This document shows, piece after piece, positions 59,005-64,000 of a stretch of DNA of 64,000 nt (its first letter is position 1; each line of letters starts with the position of its first letter). Origin of the DNA: an uncultured bacterium (lineage in GTDB: Bacteria; Acidobacteriota; Thermoanaerobaculia; Multivoradales; JAHZIX01); contig CBDUPA010000026.1 in the NCBI GenBank assembly GCA_965368975.1, forward strand, positions 1-64,000, read 5' to 3'. The notes beneath the pieces were generated by a model, which made no database searches, was not told where the DNA came from, and was given only the letters and a program-made list of their open reading frames with translations. Position numbers and translations under genes: made by a program.

Positions 59005-61248
59005 TCAGGGCCTCGACTCTCGCCAGCGCCGCGCTCCCTCGGCATCTCCCAAGCGCTCTGCTGTCGCTGCCGCCAGTTCAACGACATCCGGCTCCGGCCG
59101 CGCCCGGACCATCGCTTCGAGCAACGGCTCAATGGCGGCAAACCGTTGCTGCGACGCATAGAGCACTGCTAGGTTCGCATAGGCCTGGCTGTTGCCGGGG
59201 AAGCGCTGGATCTCTTCCTGGAACGCGGCTTCCGCTTCCCGCGGCCGTGCTAGTCGCGCCAGGGTGTCGGCGCGCAGGAAGCAGAGCGTAGGCACCGGTT
59301 CCAGGCTGCCGCTACGGACCCGTGCTTGCAGTGCGTCCAAGTGCTGCAGTGCCTCCGGCAGGCGCTGAGCCTCGATCAGTAGTCGGGCCAGTAGCAGCAC
59401 CGCCTCGGGACGTGCCACGGCGTCGGCGTCGACAGCGGCACGGGCGGCGGCGAGAGCATCGGAGGTATCGCCGGCTCGCTCGGCGATGCGCGCCAGCAGG
59501 GCTTGTGCGGGGCCGGGCGTGGGCCCGACGGCGGCTTCAGCGTGCTCGCGAGCTTCCTCGAGGCGGTCGAGGGCGAGCAGGCTGTGGCCCATGTCGACAA
59601 GCAAGCTGCCAGCGGCGGCGGGACTGAGCTCCAGGGCCTGGCGGTAGCTGGCCAGGGCCTCTTCGTGACGGTCGAGTCGTTGCAGGCAGCCGGCACGCTG
59701 GACGTGGGCGTCGAACATGGCGGGGAACCGAGCGAGGACGCGGTCGAGAGCTTCGACGGAACCGGAACAGTCGCCTTCGGCGGCGCGAGCGTAAGCAGCC
59801 TGGACATCCTCGAGCACGGGGAGGGCGTCCTTGGGGTCGGGCAGGTCACCATCCGTCGCGGCGGAGGGCGTGGAGAGGTAGCCCAGGGCGGCGAAGCGGG
59901 CGGCTTCTTCGTCGCTGACGGCGGCGGGACCGGCGAAAGTGTCGGGGTGTTGCTCGGCGAGCTCGTCGCGCAGGGTGAAGTAGGCTCGGCGCGGGGCACC
60001 GGAGGGGGCGTCGGTCAGTAGGTTGTGCCGCTGGGCCGGGTCTGCGGCGAGATCGTAGAGTTCGGGGCGCGGGGCCTCGATGTACTGGTAAGGCAAGCCG
60101 ACCAGGGAGCGTAGCGGGCTCCAGCCGAGATGGAGACGAGCGTAGTAGCTCTCGGCGTAGAGTGGGCGCGCCTGGCCGCTCGCGGGCGCGGGTGCGAGCA
60201 GGGAGCGGCCAGCCAGGGTATCCGTACCGGGGCCAGGAGGGGGTGTCGCGGAAAGTGGCAGGTCGAGGACGTCCAGCACGGTGGGCAGGATATCGATCAG
60301 CCCGACCGGCTGCTGGAGTATGGTGCCGGCGCGCAGGTTGGCGCGTTGCTCGGTGGGTAGGTTGACGGGTAGCTTGAGGAGGAGTGGCACGCGTAGCGTT
60401 TCGCGGTAGAGGAAGATGCCGTGCTCGGCTTCGCCATGGTCGCCGAGACCTTCGCCGTGGTCGGAGAGGAAGATAATCAAGGCGTCATCGTAGAGGTCGA
60501 GGGTGCGCAGGTGGTCGAGCAGTTGACCGATTGCCGCGTCGGCGGCGGCGATCTCGCCGTCATAGGCGTCTGGGTAGCGACTCCGAAAAGGTTCGGGTGG
60601 CGTGTAGGGTGTGTGCGGCTCGAACAGGTGGACGAAGAGGAAGAAGGGCTGATCCGGCCGGTTTCGGTGCTGCGTGTCGAGCCAGGCGCGGGCTGCAGCG
60701 ACGGTCTGGAGCCCCGCGCGCTGCAGATCCCCCATGCCACGGTTGGCGCCATAGTCGACGCCGTCATCGTAGTGCTCGAAGGCCTCGCCGAGGCCGCTGT
60801 CGGCGCGCAAGACGTAGGCCGAGACGGCGGCGGCGGTGGCGTAGCCGGCACTGCGCAACCGCTGTGGCAGCAGGGGGTGCCCTTCGGCGGCCAGACGCTG
60901 CGCGTCCAGGCGGTAGCCGACGTTGTCGCGCACGCCGTGCTGGTAGGGATGCAGGCCGGTGAACAGGCTGCTGTGAGCGGGCAGGGTCAGAGGAGCCGAG
61001 GTGAAGGCGTTGTCGTAACGCACGGCGTCGGCGGCCAGGCGGTCCACATGCGGGGTGTCGACGCCGTCGTAGCCGTAGACCGGCAGGCGGTCGGCACGCA
61101 GAGTGTCGACAGAGATCAAGATCACCGGTGGCGTGCTCGTGGGCGTGGTGTCGGCTGGCGAAGTAGCTGACGGTGCGTCCGGTGATGGGCTACAGGCGTG
61201 CAGCCAGAGCGGCAGGAGCAGGGCAAGGAGAAGATGGCGGTGCTGCAT
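59005..61248 (-). CDS. Sulfatase-like hydrolase/transferase lipoprotein with C-terminal TPRs
   Basis: Lipobox LHAC; LISVDTLRAD, PLTLPAHSSLFTG, HLFEPHTPY, SDHGEGLGDHGE.EHG; TPR tail. Confidence 0.88.
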   Translation of the reverse strand: MQHRHLLLALLLPLWLHACSPSPDAPSATSPADTTPTSTPPVILISVDTLRADRLPVYGYDGVDTPHVDRLAADAVRYDNAFTSAPLTLPAHSSLFTGLHPYQHGVRDNVGYRLDAQRLAAEGHPLLPQRLRSAGYATAAAVSAYVLRADSGLGEAFEHYDDGVDYGANRGMGDLQRAGLQTVAAARAWLDTQHRNRPDQPFFLFVHLFEPHTPYTPPEPFRSRYPDAYDGEIAAADAAIGQLLDHLRTLDLYDDALIIFLSDHGEGLGDHGEAEHGIFLYRETLRVPLLLKLPVNLPTEQRANLRAGTILQQPVGLIDILPTVLDVLDLPLSATPPPGPGTDTLAGRSLLAPAPASGQARPLYAESYYARLHLGWSPLRSLVGLPYQYIEAPRPELYDLAADPAQRHNLLTDAPSGAPRRAYFTLRDELAEQHPDTFAGPAAVSDEEAARFAALGYLSTPSAATDGDLPDPKDALPVLEDVQAAYARAAEGDCSGSVEALDRVLARFPAMFDAHVQRAGCLQRLDRHEEALASYRQALELSPAAAGSLLVDMGHSLLALDRLEEAREHAEAAVGPTPGPAQALLARIAERAGDTSDALAAARAAVDADAVARPEAVLLLARLLIEAQRLPEALQHLDALQARVRSGSLEPVPTLCFLRADTLARLARPREAEAAFQEEIQRFPGNSQAYANLAVLYASQQRFAAIEPLLEAMVRARPEPDVVELAAATAERLGDAEGARRWRESRP

Positions 61249-61301
61249 GAGGCCTTCTGTGTGTGGTGGCGAGAAGGGGGCTGGGTATCGAGGGTGGGGT
61301 T

Positions 61302-62948
61302 TCAGGCGGCGTGCGCCTCGAAGTCGTCACGCAGGTCCTCGACCGCCTTCGGGTTGCCGCAGACGAAGACGCTGTCCCCCTTCTCGAAGACGAAGTCGGT
61401 GCCGAGGTTGGTCTTGGCCTCGGCGCCACGCTCGACCGCGACCACGGAGCAGCCACTGCGCGCGCGCAGGCGCAAGTCGCCCAGCCGACGGCCAGCGAGG
61501 TTGCCGACCGGCAGGCGCAGCACCTTCAGCTGCGGGTACAGCGACACCGCGTCTTCACCCAGCAGGCGGCGGCCGAGGATCTGTCCCGAAACCTGGCTCA
61601 TCGACAGGGCGAACTCGGCGCCGGCGGTGTGGATGCGCAGCACGTTCTGAGCCTTGTTGACGCGCGCGATGATGGGCAGATGGGGGCACATATCCTTGAG
61701 GATGACAGTGGCGAAGAGGGTCGCGCTGTCGGAGTCGAGCGCGAGGATGAAGCTCTGCGCCTCTTCAAAGCCGGCCTGGTGCAGGATATCCGGGTCGAGC
61801 ACGTCACCGACCAGATCGACTTCGCGGCCGGGATTACGGTCGATCAGCAGGACGTCTTCGCCGGCGTCGCGCAGCAGGTGCGCTACCTTGCGACCCACCT
61901 CGCCGCCGCCGCCGACGATGAAGCGCCCTTTCTGACGCAGCGCGAACGCGGTACCGGCAGCCAGCTCGATCAGCCGGTCGACGTGCTGCTCGGTGCCGAC
62001 GACCACCAGGAGGCCGTCGGCTACCAAGAGGGTGTCGGGTCCGGGTTGACTATCCAGCCGTCCGCGGTGCCACTGGCCGATGACATTGACGCCAGTTCGC
62101 CGGCCGATATCGGCATCGGCCAGGGATTGGCCAGCGAGGGGGCTCTCCGGGCGGATGCGGACCTCGGTGACCCGCAGGTGTTCTCCTAGCGCTTCGACGC
62201 CCGCCACCGGCGAGGCCAGGCGCCGACTGGCACGTGCGGCGAGAGCGGCGCCGAGCATGTGGCGGGGAGTGTAGACAGCGTCGGCGCCGGCCAGGTGCAG
62301 CGGCTTGCGGTGTTGCGGCTCCTCGACCAAGGCCAGGATATCGTGCTCGAATCCGGCCTGCCGTGCCGCCAGGATGACGTTGGCATTGCGGTCATCAGCG
62401 GCGTTGGCCACCAGGGCGCTGGCGCGCTCCAGGCCGGCGGCGGGTAGGGCGTCGTCGTCGAGGTCGCGGAACACGACCGTCACTCCTTGGTCGATCAGGC
62501 GGCGCGCACGGCTTTCCTCCTCTTCGATCACCACGACCTGGCGGCCAGCAGCCTGCAGCTGCTCGATCAAGGTGGTCACCGAGGTGCCGTAGCCGAAGAT
62601 CAGCACGTGGTTGTGCACTTTGGGGGGAAGGTTCCGCGGCAGGCGGCTCTCGAAGCGCTCTTCGAGAAAGGGGATCAGATAGATCGGGATGATCAGGAAG
62701 ACCAGGAAGACCCCGAGGAACTGGACAGCGGCGACGTAGACCGACATCAAGGGGTGGGTCCAGACGGCATCCTTGCCGTACCCGGTGGTCGTCAGAGTCT
62801 CGACGGACCACTCGAAGGCTTGCCAGAAGGTGCGCGTCTCGTTCTCGAGTGTGGCCATGCCCCACTGGTAGACAACGGCCAGCAGTATGACCAGCAAGGG
62901 GAAGGACAGCAACAGTAGAAACAGTCGGCGGCGGGCTCGCGAGACCAT
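61302..62948 (-). CDS. Potassium channel protein with tandem TrkA-N/TrkA-C (RCK) domains
   Basis: TM-pore(TLTTTGYG)-TM; IFGYG and VGGGGEVG Rossmann motifs; two TrkA-C domains. Confidence 0.88.
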   Translation of the reverse strand: MVSRARRRLFLLLLSFPLLVILLAVVYQWGMATLENETRTFWQAFEWSVETLTTTGYGKDAVWTHPLMSVYVAAVQFLGVFLVFLIIPIYLIPFLEERFESRLPRNLPPKVHNHVLIFGYGTSVTTLIEQLQAAGRQVVVIEEEESRARRLIDQGVTVVFRDLDDDALPAAGLERASALVANAADDRNANVILAARQAGFEHDILALVEEPQHRKPLHLAGADAVYTPRHMLGAALAARASRRLASPVAGVEALGEHLRVTEVRIRPESPLAGQSLADADIGRRTGVNVIGQWHRGRLDSQPGPDTLLVADGLLVVVGTEQHVDRLIELAAGTAFALRQKGRFIVGGGGEVGRKVAHLLRDAGEDVLLIDRNPGREVDLVGDVLDPDILHQAGFEEAQSFILALDSDSATLFATVILKDMCPHLPIIARVNKAQNVLRIHTAGAEFALSMSQVSGQILGRRLLGEDAVSLYPQLKVLRLPVGNLAGRRLGDLRLRARSGCSVVAVERGAEAKTNLGTDFVFEKGDSVFVCGNPKAVEDLRDDFEAHAA

Positions 62949-63034
62949 GGAGCTATTCTAGCGTGCTGGCATGGGGCTGTGCCGGCCCAGAGGCAAGGCG
63001 GGGCGGTGCTAAGCTGAGGCCGGAGGGAGTCTCG

Positions 63035-63427
63035 ATGAGCAGCGGTGCGGACAAGGAAGTACGGATCGACAAGTGGCTGCAGATCGCCCGGGTTTTCAAG
63101 TCGCGCAGTCAGGCGACTCGAGCGTGCGAGTTGGGCCGCGTCAAGGTCAACGGCTACGTTACCAAGGCGCACCGTCGCCTGCAGCTAGAGGATCGCATTG
63201 CGGTGGAGAAGGGGGAGTGGACGCAGGTCGTGGTGGTGAAGGAATTGCGTGACAAGCCGCTTCCCAAGGCCGAAGCTGCGCGTCTGTACGAGGATGAGAG
63301 CCCACCGAAGCCGGCACCGGATCCGCTGCGCAGGCTGATGCGGATGCCCGCTGCCAAGCGCGAGCGCGGCGCTGGCCGGCCGACCAAGAAGCAGCGGCGC
63401 GAGATGGACCGTCTCCGCGGAGACTGA
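63035..63427 (+). CDS. hslR: Ribosome-associated heat shock protein Hsp15 (S4 domain)
   Basis: VRIDKWL..ARVFKSRSQA..AC..GRVKVNG; GAGRPTKKQRR; GGAGG RBS. Confidence 0.92.
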   Translation: MSSGADKEVRIDKWLQIARVFKSRSQATRACELGRVKVNGYVTKAHRRLQLEDRIAVEKGEWTQVVVVKELRDKPLPKAEAARLYEDESPPKPAPDPLRRLMRMPAAKRERGAGRPTKKQRREMDRLRGD

Positions 63428-63541
63428 TTTCCGCGGAGACTGATCTCCGCTGAAATGGAGCTGGCGACCGGTTGGGCGATGGGGCTGCCTGGTGAAACGG
63501 GGCTGTCGAGGAGATCCCGCGGACATGCTTGCGCTCTTGGC

Positions 63542-63575
63542 AAAAAAATGCGTCGGGAGCTGCTAGCTCCCGACG
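63542..63575 (-). terminator. intrinsic terminator (U-tract on the minus strand)
   Basis: Stem CGTCGGGAGC(T)/(A)GCTCCCGACG (63551-75) with A7 at 63542-48 on the + strand. Confidence 0.8.
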
Positions 63576-63764
63576 GCAGAGGACAGCCGGTTACGGCTTC
63601 TGTTTCGAGTTGTCACCGAGTCGCTGGCGCTCTAGGGCCAGCTCAGCCATGGGGGCCAGCGGGTATGGAGGCCCATTCAGTGGTGCGAGGTCCGCATCTC
63701 AGTGGTAGAGGAGGAACTGTGAGATGACCCACTGAGATTGTGCGTGCGGTGCGGTTTCCTCACG
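63542..63764 (-). ncRNA. candidate ~220-nt small transcript (sRNA or micro-peptide mRNA)
   Basis: Bounded by a consensus promoter (63771-99) and a terminator (63542-75). Contains a 10-bp stem with a CCUCCU loop. No long ORF. Confidence 0.45.
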
Positions 63765-63770
63765 ACCCGG

Positions 63771-63799
63771 AGTCTAGGCACTAGATCTTGAGTTGTCAA
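63771..63799 (-). promoter_or_regulatory. leftward sigma70 promoter
   Basis: Minus strand: TTGACA (63799-94), 17 bp spacer, TAGACT (63776-71). Confidence 0.7.
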
Positions 63800-63834
63800 G
63801 GTGATGTCCATGTTCTGTTGACCAAATCTGGACA
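63794..63834. promoter_or_regulatory. CarH-type operator: TnnACA repeats at 11-bp spacing
   Basis: Minus strand TTGACA/TGGACA/TCAACA at 63794, 63805 and 63816; plus strand TTGACC/TGGACA at 63818 and 63829. Confidence 0.55.
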
Positions 63835-63846
63835 GGCTGGTACAGT
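63818..63846 (+). promoter_or_regulatory. rightward sigma70 promoter (leaderless start of the MerR gene)
   Basis: TTGACC, 17 bp spacer, TACAGT with extended TG; ATG 6 bp downstream. Confidence 0.7.
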
Positions 63847-63852
63847 CCCGCA

Positions 63853-64000
63853 ATGTCCAGTAAGCTGATTCACATGCCACTCCCTCGCTCGCTAGAGTCC
63901 GCGGTCCAGCAAGACGACGTTGCGCGCCATCCCATTGGGATTGTTGCACGCCGTACGGCGCTTAAGCCTGACCTGATCCGGGCCTGGGAGCGACGCTACC
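63853..64000 (+). CDS. MerR-family regulator, CarH/LitR-like (5' part, runs off the window)
   Basis: Translated by hand: MSSKLIHM...ARHPIGIVARRTALKPDLIRAWERRY. WERRY is the CarH/LitR-type HTH signature. Not in the ORF track. Confidence 0.8.
   Translation, partial: MSSKLIHMPLPRSLESAVQQDDVARHPIGIVARRTALKPDLIRAWERRY

Noticed and set aside
63707-63735. Plus-strand AGGAGG as the RBS of a gene
   Set aside because: The following GTG and ATG open only 2-3 codon ORFs. The motif is better explained as CCUCCU on the minus-strand transcript.

Overview
GC-rich bacterial window. It is most likely Acidobacteriota (Thermoanaerobaculia-like), inferred from an orphan duplicated MacB-type permease, multiple YfhO-like paralogs and a Thr-type sulfatase-TPR protein. 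Main contents: (1) housekeeping and accessory genes (TPR lipoprotein, permease, DCC oxidoreductase, tRNA-Phe, DEAD-box helicase, vapBC, metallophosphoesterase, secreted trypsin-like protease, uup, glnS-YqeY, K+ channel, Hsp15). (2) A compact ~21 kb minus-strand biosynthetic operon around a single 4583-aa NRPS-PKS-NRPS (truncated C-A-T-C-A-T-KS-AT-ACP-C-A-T-R), with an MFS exporter, a DUF6875-like protein, a methyltransferase, a kynurenine-3-monooxygenase-like flavoenzyme and a DUF5916-like outer-membrane protein. An orphan Cys-rich lanthipeptide-like precursor follows it. (3) A divergent envelope-modification locus: an amidinotransferase plus three YfhO-like GT-C proteins on one side, and a UbiA-type phosphoribosyltransferase, a fused MFS/spermidine-synthase protein, a DHH-like/CPBP fusion and a TPM coiled-coil protein on the other. 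(4) At the right end, the start of a CarH/LitR-like MerR regulator. Its back-to-back sigma70 promoters and 11-bp operator repeats also appear to drive an unannotated ~220-nt leftward transcript (sRNA or micro-peptide candidate) with an anti-SD loop and an intrinsic terminator. All family calls come from motifs recognised by eye; no searches were run.
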